From Lachnospiraceae bacterium GAM79 (GTDB taxonomy: Bacteria; Bacillota_I; Bacilli_A; RFN20; CAG-826): a DNA stretch of 64,000 bases. Shown in pieces: positions 19,238 through 28,951 of this stretch. The translations under genes were made by a program, and so were the position numbers. Position 1 is the first letter of the stretch. The number at the start of each line of letters is the position of its first letter. The DNA is taken from positions 3,127 through 67,126 of the forward strand of contig CAVEUC010000007.1 of assembly GCA_963619035.1 (NCBI GenBank), read 5' to 3'. The notes beneath the pieces were generated by a model. The model was not told the origin of the DNA. It was given only the letters and a program-made list of their open reading frames with translations, and searched no databases.

Positions 19238-21466
19238 TTAAATATCGTATCTAGCTATGATTTCACTTGGTGTTTTATTTATAACGAATAAATAAGGGAT
19301 AAGTGAAACTAATACCATAAGTATTCCTCCACTTATAAATAAACCTAAATTTATTAGTATAAACACACCGTAAGATATATTAGATACAAAATAATATATT
19401 GAACATAGGATTGTTCCTAATGTTAATATCAATAAAAAAACTGAAATATTTTTATATATTGTTCTAATTGTTTCTTTAAATAATAAGTTAGATTTATTGA
19501 CTCCAATTGCTCTATAAATTCCGTATTCTTTGCTATTTTTAGTGCTATCTGACATTTCTAAGAAATAGTAGATCATATAAAGAAGTAGCAATCCTCCTAG
19601 ACATATATAAATTATTTGCAGATGAGATTTTAGCGCTTCTTCATCTTGCTTATCATATATATTTTTAATATTTACAGTAGATACTCCTCTTTGCTTAAAT
19701 CTATTTTTTAGGTTTTCAAGTTGTTCTTCGTTAGATGTTGATATTTCAAAATAGTAAGCAGTAGATGTATCGTTTCCTAATATTTCAATATTTGGAGTTA
19801 AATATATAAATATATTGTTTAAAGCTTCTTGGGTTACGTATATTACCATATCAGTTGATATATCTTCCCTAGTTATTGAAAAACTTTTAATATACATTTC
19901 GCTATTTTCTATATAAATTGCAGTAGACATATCAACTAATTTTTTGTTTGCTTCTTCGACTAAATAATCTCCTTGAGATGTATCTTCCATCATTTTATAT
20001 AATGAATTTCTAGATAAATCGATTACTGCTTGATTGTTAGTAATTTCTTTTTTACCTTCATAAACTTTAATAGTTGCACTATATGTCATAGAAGAAAATT
20101 CATCTTTTAATAAAATATTTTGGTTATCTATTATTTTTAAATCATTATAAATTCCTAGGTAGTTTACATAGTCTTGTTTTTTAAAATATACTATTGAATC
20201 CTCACTATTTACTATTCCAGATATTTTATAATTATTATCAAATTTCATTAGTAATAGTGCTTCATCTTTAGACAAATCTTCGTTTCTTATATCGTGTTTT
20301 ATTTTCTTAGCTAACCCACTAGAAATTAATACTTCATTTGAATTAGGCATTGATCCAAATATATTTTCAAAAGTAGTGGTTTCTTCGATTGGTTTAGGTG
20401 TGTATTTTTCTTTTACCCCTTTTATAGAAGAAATATTATCGTATGAAAATGTTGCTTCTTTCATGTTAATTTCGTAAAAATCAATTGAATCGTAATATTC
20501 TTTATTAATCATAGGTAATTCAGAATAGGAATTTAATTGAGTATAAACTGCATTTTCATTAATTGTTTTATGGACGTTTTCTATGCTTAAAGTATTATTT
20601 ATAATAAATCCAAAGGCGCATATACATGCCGCCATTAATGAAATAAATATTGTTTTTAATATATTAGAATCTTTATTAATCGATTTTTTAAATATATTTT
20701 TAAAATCGAATAATTTACCAGTTTTTCCTTTTTCACTTTTATTAAAATCAAGTGCTTTTACATCGTGACTTTCTTCTAATTTATATCCTTTTATATTTTC
20801 TACAATTGTATTTTCAACTAATTTTCCATCTATTAATTCAATATGATTATCAGCGTATTTATTAATCAAACTAGTTTCGTGAGTAACCAAGACTACAAGT
20901 TTTGTTTTAGAAATTTCTTTTAAAATATCCATTACTTTAATAGTGTTTTGACTATCTAAGTTTCCAGTAGGTTCATCAGCTAATATAATATCTGATCCTT
21001 TAATTAAAGCTCTAGCAATTGCAACTCTTTGCTTTTGACCACCGGATAATGCATCAGAATTTTTCTTTTCATATTTTTTTAAATCAACTAAATCTAATAC
21101 GATATCTAAACGTCTTTTGATTTCGTTTTTGTCTGAAAAACCTGCTATTTTCATTTGATTTATTAAAATTTCACCAATCGAACAATTACTTTCAAGATAG
21201 TAGTTTTGAAAGATATATCCTATTTTTTTATTTCTTATTTTATCCCTATTTGAATTAGTTATTTTAATATTATCAATTATAACTTCACCAGAATCTTGTT
21301 TATCTAATCCTCCGATAATATTAAGAAGAGTTGTTTTACCGGAACCTGATTTACCAAATATTGCAAATAATCCTTTTTCAGGTAATTCAAATGAAATATC
21401 GTTCAAGATTTTTGTTTTTTTAAATGCATTACCATATGTTTTGTTTAAATGAGATATCTTTATCAT
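19238..21466 (-). CDS. Fused ABC ATPase plus FtsX/MacB-type permease (subunit 2)
   Basis: 742 aa. Walker A GKSGSGKTT, signature LSGGQKQR, Walker B ILADEPTGNLD. After the ATPase come one TM, a large extracytoplasmic domain of roughly 300 aa, and three C-terminal TMs. ATGA overlap with the upstream gene. Confidence 0.8.
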   Translation of the reverse strand: MIKISHLNKTYGNAFKKTKILNDISFELPEKGLFAIFGKSGSGKTTLLNIIGGLDKQDSGEVIIDNIKITNSNRDKIRNKKIGYIFQNYYLESNCSIGEILINQMKIAGFSDKNEIKRRLDIVLDLVDLKKYEKKNSDALSGGQKQRVAIARALIKGSDIILADEPTGNLDSQNTIKVMDILKEISKTKLVVLVTHETSLINKYADNHIELIDGKLVENTIVENIKGYKLEESHDVKALDFNKSEKGKTGKLFDFKNIFKKSINKDSNILKTIFISLMAACICAFGFIINNTLSIENVHKTINENAVYTQLNSYSELPMINKEYYDSIDFYEINMKEATFSYDNISSIKGVKEKYTPKPIEETTTFENIFGSMPNSNEVLISSGLAKKIKHDIRNEDLSKDEALLLMKFDNNYKISGIVNSEDSIVYFKKQDYVNYLGIYNDLKIIDNQNILLKDEFSSMTYSATIKVYEGKKEITNNQAVIDLSRNSLYKMMEDTSQGDYLVEEANKKLVDMSTAIYIENSEMYIKSFSITREDISTDMVIYVTQEALNNIFIYLTPNIEILGNDTSTAYYFEISTSNEEQLENLKNRFKQRGVSTVNIKNIYDKQDEEALKSHLQIIYICLGGLLLLYMIYYFLEMSDSTKNSKEYGIYRAIGVNKSNLLFKETIRTIYKNISVFLLILTLGTILCSIYYFVSNISYGVFILINLGLFISGGILMVLVSLIPYLFVINKTPSEIIARYDI

Positions 21467-23523
21467 TTTGAACCCCTCCTTAATGCTTGAGAGATCTTTG
21501 TTCTATTCATATTTTTATTGAATCCATAAGCTACTAGAATAACTATTAAAAGAATTAATAATTCAATAAATATGTAATTTCCTACACTAATTATTGGTAA
21601 AGCTAAAGATTTAATTAGAGTTGATAAAAAAGAAAGTAGTGGAAGAATTATTAATGTAGGAAGATAAGTTAATAATAATTGAACATATAATGAACCTTTT
21701 GAAATGGATGATGATATACCAAGTGTTTTATATATTGCAAAATCAGCTTGGTAGATTTTAATACTTCTCATAAAAATGACAAATAAAACTGCTGCTAATA
21801 TAATGCTAACTATGATTAAACATGCATAATACAAAATATTTAATGCAAATATATTTCCAACATTAGAAACGTAAACAATAGAAGTAGAAAGCATTCCTAT
21901 ATAGTTAGTTGGTAATATGTTTAATGATTGTTTTGCTAAATCGTCATTTTCAAAATATATAGCGGATTGCTTACTCTTTTTTGTAGATTCAAATAATTCT
22001 TTATAGTCGGTTTCACTTAATTCAACAGCAATGCCATCGATAGTTTTATCTTTTTTTGTATCATCAATAACTGTAAAGATTTTTGATGTTGAAATGTCCG
22101 TAGTTAAGTTTTTACCTTTTACATCGTAGTAACTAGAATTAACTAAATTAATTTCACCTTCGTTTAATTCGTTATTGGTTTTAAAAGTAAATATTTTTAC
22201 TTCATTATCTCCTATTTTAACGGTTGAATTAATTGCTTTAATTTTATTACCATTAGTTTGCATATTGTCATAAGACAAATATAATCTTAAATCTTGATTA
22301 TCGAACGTTGTTTGAACATCGATTTTATTAATTGAAGTTGTTGCACTTTCAATTAATTCAACAATTGTATTAGCGTCGTCTTTAAAAGCGTTTGGGATTA
22401 TTAATAAACCTTCTTTTTCATTAACTTTATAATGGATTGGATCGTAAATACATGATATTTCATATTCTTGATACATATTTCCTTTTTTAGGAACAGTAAT
22501 AGTAAATTCTGATAAATCACGGTCATAGATATAATAAGAAGCTTTTGTATCGTAACAAATTAAATCAAGTTGATCTTCTTCTACGTATCCATTTGTATTT
22601 GATATGATAACTTTTCCTTCGATTCCGACATCATCTAAAGTTTTAGTGATATCATTAATTAAAAATACATTTACAGTTTGAAATGCTGCAAATAAAGCAG
22701 TAGTTATGCAACATAGTGCTAAAGACATTAAAGTTGAAAATTTAGGTCTAGATTTATAATTCAATAAACCTAATCTAAATATATTTTTAATTTTTAATTT
22801 TTTATCAATATTTTTGGTTTGAATTGATATATTTTTCTCAGTTGGTTTTTCTTTTATCTTGTCTTCTTTTAAATTTCCATCAGCAATTACAATTCTTCTT
22901 GTCGAATATTCATTAAAATATTCTGGATTATGTGTAACTATAATAACTAACTTATCTTTAGAAACTTCTTTTAAGATTTTTGCAACTTCTCTAGAGGATT
23001 TTGAATCTAAGTTACCAGTAGGTTCATCAGCTAAAATAATAGGAGAGTCTTTAGCTAATGCTCTAGCTATAACACAACGTTGTTTTTCACCTCCTGATAA
23101 ATGAGATCCTTTATGGTTTATTTGTTTTGTTAATCCAACTTTATCTATTAATTCTTTAGCTAATTTTTTTCTTTCTTTTATGTCTTTTAATCTAAATAAT
23201 GCTAATTCAACGTTTTCATAAACTGTTAAATTTTCAATAATATTAAAATCTTGGAAAATCATCGCAATATTGTTTTCACGATATTTCTCCCAATCTAAAG
23301 ATGAGTAGTGCGATGTTTCTTCATTATTAAAATAAAGTTCGCCTTCTTCATAAGAATCATTAGCTGCTATAACATTAAGTAATGTTGATTTCCCTGAACC
23401 AGATTCACCTTCAATTGTAACAAATTCATTATAATCGAAATTAAGATTTATATTTCTAACCCCGATAGTTAATATGTCGTTAGAATTGTATATTTTTCCA
23501 ATGTTTTTTAATCTAAGTAACAT
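21463..23523 (-). CDS. Fused ABC ATPase plus FtsX/MacB-type permease (subunit 1)
   Basis: 686 aa. Walker A GESGSGKST, signature LSGGEKQR, Walker B ILADEPTGNLD. It has the same topology as the downstream paralogue: TM, large loop, three TMs. AGGAGG RBS. Confidence 0.8.
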   Translation of the reverse strand: MLLRLKNIGKIYNSNDILTIGVRNINLNFDYNEFVTIEGESGSGKSTLLNVIAANDSYEEGELYFNNEETSHYSSLDWEKYRENNIAMIFQDFNIIENLTVYENVELALFRLKDIKERKKLAKELIDKVGLTKQINHKGSHLSGGEKQRCVIARALAKDSPIILADEPTGNLDSKSSREVAKILKEVSKDKLVIIVTHNPEYFNEYSTRRIVIADGNLKEDKIKEKPTEKNISIQTKNIDKKLKIKNIFRLGLLNYKSRPKFSTLMSLALCCITTALFAAFQTVNVFLINDITKTLDDVGIEGKVIISNTNGYVEEDQLDLICYDTKASYYIYDRDLSEFTITVPKKGNMYQEYEISCIYDPIHYKVNEKEGLLIIPNAFKDDANTIVELIESATTSINKIDVQTTFDNQDLRLYLSYDNMQTNGNKIKAINSTVKIGDNEVKIFTFKTNNELNEGEINLVNSSYYDVKGKNLTTDISTSKIFTVIDDTKKDKTIDGIAVELSETDYKELFESTKKSKQSAIYFENDDLAKQSLNILPTNYIGMLSTSIVYVSNVGNIFALNILYYACLIIVSIILAAVLFVIFMRSIKIYQADFAIYKTLGISSSISKGSLYVQLLLTYLPTLIILPLLSFLSTLIKSLALPIISVGNYIFIELLILLIVILVAYGFNKNMNRTKISQALRRGSK

Positions 23524-23557
23524 ATTTACCTCCTAGTTAGTTATATTTAACTTTAAA

Positions 23558-23586
23558 AGTATATAACATAAAAGAACGCTATTCAA
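23558..23586 (-). promoter_or_regulatory. Promoter of the ABC/lipoprotein operon
   Basis: On the minus strand: TTGAAT (23586-23581), 17-nt spacer, TATACT (23563-23558). This is followed by AGGAGG and the ATG at 23523. Confidence 0.6.
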
Positions 23587-23643
23587 TAAATATGTTAGTT
23601 AAAACTAACTATTAATTATTTGTATGTTTAATTAATGATTAAA

Positions 23644-25914
23644 TTAAAGAATATGTTTAATAAAATGACCGTGTGTATCGGTGATGTTATCAAAACATTT
23701 AGTAGATAATTCACCATTAAGTTTTAAATTAACTTGTTTTATTATATTTAAAATTTCTTCATTAGATTCATCAGTAAAAATTAATCTTAAATAATTGATA
23801 TGATTCAAATCATCAATTAAATCGATATTGTTTAATGTTTTAGAATTTAAAACTTTAATAGTGCAATCATCATTAAAAATTAAAGGAAAGCTTTCATATC
23901 TATCCTTTAATGAATATTTATTAATTTTACATTGTCCACACATATTTAATCTTTTTAAAGGACAATATTTTGAGTGCATTAAAGTTATTTTTCCATAAAT
24001 TATAACTTCCAAATTTGGATAAAAATTATATTCAGAATAAAAATTATTAACTAACTTATTGATGTGATCTTTATTAATTTCTAATGATAATGTGATTCTT
24101 TTAACACCTAAAGAAGATAAAAGAGCAACATTTTTATAATTGGTAACATTAAAAGAGTAATCAGATACTATATTGATGTTTTTATTTTTATAACATTCTA
24201 ATCCACCATATCCTCCAACTAAAACAGAGTTTGTGTTTAAATCGTTATATTTTTCGTTGTTTCTTCTAACTATATTTTTATAATAAATATTTTTATAACC
24301 TAATTCAGTAAGTAAATCATATTGTTTTTGAGTGTTAACTTCAAAAACAAGCTCTGTATTTGTAGTGTTAATATTATTATTTATAGGAATTATTTCATCT
24401 ATTTCTTTATTATAAATAACATCTCTTTTTAATCTAATTTTATTTAATTCTTCAATTGCTTTACGTCTAACTTCATTTATTTCTTTTAATGGTATAAAAA
24501 GATTATTTTCACAATCGATATTATAATTTTCAATATAATAAGGAGTGTCGTTTAATTTATTAAGTTGTGTTTTAACATTATCAATTGTGGTAGAAGAAGA
24601 AATCGCTTTTTCAATCTTAATAGTTCCTGAAGAAAAAGCTTTATAGTTTTTATATTCTACTTTTAAAAATAAAACTCTATTTTCTTTTGCTACAAACTCA
24701 ACATTAATAGGTAATTTTTTATATTCTTTAATTAATAAATTTTGTTTTATTTCATTTAAATATTTAATATCTTTTGTTTTATATACTTTTGCACCTAACT
24801 TAACTTTTTCATCTAAATAAATAATAGCCATCTTATTATTTGTTTGAGAAATATTAAAATTAGCATCGAACATTTTTGTAATAGGTACGCTTATTTCTTT
24901 AAAAATATCTTCAGATTCAATACGAATTTGATCACCTTTATTTAATTCTTTAAATAATCTAATCCATACTTTATTTTTATTTATTTTAGCTATTTCACCA
25001 ATTAAATACCCGTAATTATTAGGTCTTTCTATATTTGTAATATTGTTAACTAATTCGTGATTAATATATCCTTTTGTATAAGTTCTATTAAAAACTTTAT
25101 CTAAGTTTGATACATTGACTTTTTCATTATCTACTAATTTTCTATATGTAGAAGTTACACTTGAAACATAACTTGGCTCTTTCATTCTGCCTTCAATTTT
25201 AAAAGAATCGATAAAGAGCATATTTTTTAAATAATCAGCAGTATTTAAATCTTTCATAGAAAGGAGATAACCTTTTTTAATTTCGGAATTGTTTGTTTCA
25301 TCAATCAATGTATAAATTTGTCTACAACATCCTGCGCACCTTCCTCTATTTCCGCTACGATCTCCAATCATTGAAGACATTAAACAATTTCCTGAATAAG
25401 AGACACATAAAGCACCATGAATAAAAGTTTCTATTTCGATATTTAATTTGTTTTTAACTTCTTTTAAAGTTTCTAAAGAAGTTTCCCTAGCAAAAACAAC
25501 TCTTTTTACATTTAAATCTTTTAAAAGTTTAGCACCATAATAGTCATCGATTCCCATTTGAGTTGAAGCATGAGCTTCTATAGATTTATATTTAGTAGCA
25601 ATATAATTTAATAAAGTTAAATCTTGAACAATAATAGCATCCACTCCGATTTCAGCTAATTTATCAACTGTTTTATAAGCTTCTTCTAATTCTTCATCAA
25701 AAAGAATTGTGTTCATTGTTACATAAATTTTAACATTTCTAAGATGAGCATAATCTACATATTCTTTTAAATTATCTAAAGAAAAATTCTTTGCATATGC
25801 TCTAGCACTAAATTTATCTAATCCTAAATAGATTGCATTAGCTCCGCTAGATATTGCTGCATAGAAAGATTCTTTATCTCCACTAGGAGAGAGTACTTCG
25901 TTTTTAATTTTCAT
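23644..25914 (-). CDS. U32-family protein, long form (RlhA/YdcP-like candidate Fe-S RNA hydroxylase; historically annotated as a collagenase-like peptidase)
   Basis: 756 aa. U32 signature ETFIHGALCVSYSGNCLMS. Cys pattern C-x6-C-x15-C-x3-C (CVSYSGNC ... CAGCC). It has a long C-terminal extension containing a second Cys cluster, CPLKRLNMCGQC. Confidence 0.75.
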   Translation of the reverse strand: MKIKNEVLSPSGDKESFYAAISSGANAIYLGLDKFSARAYAKNFSLDNLKEYVDYAHLRNVKIYVTMNTILFDEELEEAYKTVDKLAEIGVDAIIVQDLTLLNYIATKYKSIEAHASTQMGIDDYYGAKLLKDLNVKRVVFARETSLETLKEVKNKLNIEIETFIHGALCVSYSGNCLMSSMIGDRSGNRGRCAGCCRQIYTLIDETNNSEIKKGYLLSMKDLNTADYLKNMLFIDSFKIEGRMKEPSYVSSVTSTYRKLVDNEKVNVSNLDKVFNRTYTKGYINHELVNNITNIERPNNYGYLIGEIAKINKNKVWIRLFKELNKGDQIRIESEDIFKEISVPITKMFDANFNISQTNNKMAIIYLDEKVKLGAKVYKTKDIKYLNEIKQNLLIKEYKKLPINVEFVAKENRVLFLKVEYKNYKAFSSGTIKIEKAISSSTTIDNVKTQLNKLNDTPYYIENYNIDCENNLFIPLKEINEVRRKAIEELNKIRLKRDVIYNKEIDEIIPINNNINTTNTELVFEVNTQKQYDLLTELGYKNIYYKNIVRRNNEKYNDLNTNSVLVGGYGGLECYKNKNINIVSDYSFNVTNYKNVALLSSLGVKRITLSLEINKDHINKLVNNFYSEYNFYPNLEVIIYGKITLMHSKYCPLKRLNMCGQCKINKYSLKDRYESFPLIFNDDCTIKVLNSKTLNNIDLIDDLNHINYLRLIFTDESNEEILNIIKQVNLKLNGELSTKCFDNITDTHGHFIKHIL

Positions 25915-25921
25915 GTTTAAT

Positions 25922-25930
25922 ATTCTAACA
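25922..25930 (-). promoter_or_regulatory. Extended -10 element directly upstream of the 756-aa U32 gene (possible leaderless transcript)
   Basis: The minus strand reads TGTTAGAAT, then 7 nt (ATTAAAC), then ATG. There is no purine-rich RBS in between. Confidence 0.4.
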
Positions 25931-25990
25931 TTTTTTAAGTATAAAAATTAATAACTTTAAACTTAACTTATTTTAAAGTAAAATTTAATC

Positions 25991-27211
25991 ATGAAAAAAA
26001 TAGAATTACTTGCTCCTGTAGGAGATAAAGAAAGATTAGAAGCAGCAGTGCATTTTGGAGCAGATGCAGTTTATTTTGGTGGTAAAAAATTTGGATTAAG
26101 AGCTTTTGCTTCTAATTTTGAAGAATTGCAAATTAAAGATGCAGTTGAATATTGTCATGCTAGAGATGTTAAAGTGTATGTAACTGTAAATATTTTAGCT
26201 CATAACGAAGATTTTGAAGGGATGGTCGATTATTTAAAATCTTTGGATGAAATAGGAGTTGATGGCGTTATTGTTAGTGATTTAGGTATTGCTAGTTTAG
26301 TTAAAAAATACACCAATTTAGAATTGCATGTTTCTACTCAAGCAAATGTTACAAATATTTATTCGGCTAAAGTTTGGGTTGAATTAGGTGCTAAAAGACT
26401 TGTTTTAGCAAGAGAATTAAATATTGATGAAATTAAACAAATTAAAGAATATGTGGGAAATGATATAGATATTGAATGTTTTTGTCATGGAGCAATGTGT
26501 ATTTCTTATAGTGGAAGATGTTTGCTTTCAAATTATTTTTTAGGAAGAGATTCTAATAGAGGACAGTGTGCTCAACCATGTAGATGGAAATATTCTATTC
26601 AACCATTAAATGATCAAAATAATGATTTAGTTGATAAGTATCCTATAGAAGAAGATAGTAGAGGGACATATATTTTAAATAGTAAAGATATGTGTTTAAT
26701 AGAACATGTTAAAGAGTTATCTGAAGCTGGTATCAACAGTTTTAAAGTTGAAGGCAGAATGAAATCAACTTATTATGTTGCAACAGTAATTAACGCATAT
26801 AGAAGAGCAATTGATAATTATTTAAATAATAAAGAAAAAGATTTTGATTATATAGAAGAATTGAAAAAAACTTCTAATAGATCTTTTACAACTGGTTTTT
26901 ATTTTAATTCAGATCAAAAAACTAATAAGGAATCCGCTTTATTAGAACAAACTTATGATTTTGTAGCTTTAGTTTTAGAAGATAGTAAAGATGGAAAAGT
27001 TTTAGTTGAATTAAGAAATAAATTTTCTGTTGGAGATGAATTAGAAATACTATCTAATACTGATAGTTTCAACAAGACTATTAAAGTTGATGTTATTGAA
27101 GATGAAGCAGGAAATCATATAGATATTGCAAGAAAAGTGAAACAAAGATTATATTTAAATACAGATTTTGAATTAAAAAAATTTGATATTTTAAGAAAAA
27201 AGAAGTTCTAA
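25991..27211 (+). CDS. U32-family protein, TrhP/YegQ/YrrO-like candidate prephenate-dependent tRNA U34 hydroxylase
   Basis: 406 aa. U32 signature ECFCHGAMCISYSGRCLLS. Cys pattern C-x6-C-x15-C-x3-C (CISYSGRC ... CAQPC). Confidence 0.75.
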   Translation: MKKIELLAPVGDKERLEAAVHFGADAVYFGGKKFGLRAFASNFEELQIKDAVEYCHARDVKVYVTVNILAHNEDFEGMVDYLKSLDEIGVDGVIVSDLGIASLVKKYTNLELHVSTQANVTNIYSAKVWVELGAKRLVLARELNIDEIKQIKEYVGNDIDIECFCHGAMCISYSGRCLLSNYFLGRDSNRGQCAQPCRWKYSIQPLNDQNNDLVDKYPIEEDSRGTYILNSKDMCLIEHVKELSEAGINSFKVEGRMKSTYYVATVINAYRRAIDNYLNNKEKDFDYIEELKKTSNRSFTTGFYFNSDQKTNKESALLEQTYDFVALVLEDSKDGKVLVELRNKFSVGDELEILSNTDSFNKTIKVDVIEDEAGNHIDIARKVKQRLYLNTDFELKKFDILRKKKF

Positions 27212-27212
27212 G

Positions 27213-28664
27213 ATGAAATTAAAAGACAACAAGATTTATAGGTGGATTATAATCCCAATTTGTATTGCTATGTGCTTTTTTGGAAGGTTCATCCCTTCAA
27301 ATGGCGTGTTAACTAGCGATGCAATGGGTGTTATTTTTATATTTGTTGGATCTTTAATTTTATGGCTAACAATAGGAATTGATTGGCCAAGTTTAGTCTG
27401 CATATTTGCTTTAGGCACATTGAATACATATAAATTTAGTGATGTATTTCAACTTAGTTTTGGAAATTCTACATTTATTTTTCTTTTGTTCACATTTGTT
27501 TGTACTTACGCATTAAGTCAAACTTCCTTAATTAAAAAAATAGCAATTTCTTTTATTAATTCTAAATTAGCTAAAAAAAGTGGATTTTTATTTATATCTT
27601 TGTTTTTAACAAGTGTATTACTTCTAGGGTTATTTATTTCTCCTTCAGTTTTATTTGTCATTATATTGCCTATTTTAAATAAAATATTTGAAATCGCCCA
27701 TTTAAATAAAGGTGATAAAGTAGCTAAAATTATGATGATTGGTTTAGGATTTACTGTCTCAATTAGTAGTGGAATGACTCCAATTGGTCACGTATTTCCT
27801 ATATTAGCAATAAGTGCTGCTAAGATAGATGTTTCTAGTATTGCTTATATGGGTATAGCTATTCCAACGGGTATTGCTATATTTTTATTGATGCTTTTGA
27901 TGTTCAAAATTTATTTAAAAAAAGAAGCAGATTGCATTAAAGGAGTTGATGTATCGTCTTTAAAAAATGAGTGTGAGAAGATAAATAAAAGAGATATTAT
28001 TGTTTTAATTATTTTTATTATTGTTATTTTGTTATGGATTTTACCTTCTATATTTAAAGATGTATCGATAGATTTCTATAATTTCATCAATCAATATGGT
28101 ACTGCAATGCCACCTTTATTAGGAACTATTTTATTATGCATTATTAGAGTTGATGATAAACCTTTAATCAAAATTGATGAAGCTTTTAAAAAAGGAATTC
28201 CTTGGGGGAGTTTACTTATGTGCGCAGCAACTTTAGTATTAGGTAGTGCTTTAACAAATGATAGTATAGGTATTAAATCAGTATTATCTAATGCTTTAAG
28301 CGGATCATTAAGTAATTTACCTGTATTTGTTTTATTAATAATATTTGTAACGTGGGCTGCGATTCAAACGAATTTATCGTCTAACATGGTTACAGCAACT
28401 TTAGTTGCAACTGTTGCAGAATCAATTTTATTAACTATTTCAACATTAGCAGTAAACCAAAATTATACTATAATTTGTTTGATAGGATTGATGGCTAGTT
28501 TAGCTTTTGCTACACCTCCTTCAATGCCTCATATAGCAATAGTAGCAGGAAGCGAATATTGCGATACGAAAAGTGTATTGATATTTGGTTCTATATTAAT
28601 GGTTATTTCAATTATTTGTGCTATTATAATAGGCTATCCACTAGGTTTATTGATATTTAATTAG
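27213..28664 (+). CDS. Ion-transporter superfamily permease, DASS/SLC13-like di-/tricarboxylate or anion symporter
   Basis: 483 aa. Polytopic with two-fold internal organisation and a hairpin-like LSSNMVTAT segment in the second half. It starts 1 nt after the U32 stop. Confidence 0.55.
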   Translation: MKLKDNKIYRWIIIPICIAMCFFGRFIPSNGVLTSDAMGVIFIFVGSLILWLTIGIDWPSLVCIFALGTLNTYKFSDVFQLSFGNSTFIFLLFTFVCTYALSQTSLIKKIAISFINSKLAKKSGFLFISLFLTSVLLLGLFISPSVLFVIILPILNKIFEIAHLNKGDKVAKIMMIGLGFTVSISSGMTPIGHVFPILAISAAKIDVSSIAYMGIAIPTGIAIFLLMLLMFKIYLKKEADCIKGVDVSSLKNECEKINKRDIIVLIIFIIVILLWILPSIFKDVSIDFYNFINQYGTAMPPLLGTILLCIIRVDDKPLIKIDEAFKKGIPWGSLLMCAATLVLGSALTNDSIGIKSVLSNALSGSLSNLPVFVLLIIFVTWAAIQTNLSSNMVTATLVATVAESILLTISTLAVNQNYTIICLIGLMASLAFATPPSMPHIAIVAGSEYCDTKSVLIFGSILMVISIICAIIIGYPLGLLIFN

Positions 28665-28674
28665 AGGTATAAAT

Positions 28675-28947
28675 ATGACTGAATTAGAATTATTAAGAAA
28701 AGAAATTGATGAAATAGACTCTGAAATTATTAAATTATATGAAAAGAGAATGGATGTTGTTAAATCTGTTATTAAATATAAAGTAGAAAATAATATTCCA
28801 GTTTTAGATAAAAGTAGAGAAGGTAGTATGTTAGAAAAAAATCTTAAAATGATTGAGAATGAAGATTATAAAAAGTATTATCTAGATGTTTTAAACGGTT
28901 ATTTAAAAGCTAGTAAAGATATGCAAAATGATTTATTAATAAAATAA
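28675..28947 (+). CDS. Stand-alone AroQ-class chorismate mutase
   Basis: 90 aa, sequence ELELLRKEIDEIDSEIIKLYEKRMDVVKSVIKYK...DKSRE...KDMQ. By eye, it retains the residues aligning to the E. coli CM active-site positions Arg11, Arg28, Lys39, Arg51/Glu52 and Gln88. Confidence 0.75.
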   Translation: MTELELLRKEIDEIDSEIIKLYEKRMDVVKSVIKYKVENNIPVLDKSREGSMLEKNLKMIENEDYKKYYLDVLNGYLKASKDMQNDLLIK

Positions 28948-28951
28948 TTAT

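Noticed and set aside
23534-23611. A 9-bp inverted repeat (TAGTTAGTT at 23534-23542 and AACTAACTA at 23603-23611) that brackets the ABC/lipoprotein operon promoter, considered as a possible invertible promoter switch.
   Set aside because: The repeat is short and AT-rich, so chance occurrence is plausible. No recombinase or invertase gene is nearby. The distal arm is better explained as part of a small hairpin (GTTAGTT..AACTAAC) downstream of the U32 gene.
23644-27211. Reading the two U32 genes as secreted collagenases or virulence peptidases, which is the traditional annotation.
   Set aside because: Neither has a signal peptide. Both have the four-Cys Fe-S pattern, and the characterised members of this family (TrhP, RlhA, UbiU/V) are intracellular hydroxylases. 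The protease label is historical.
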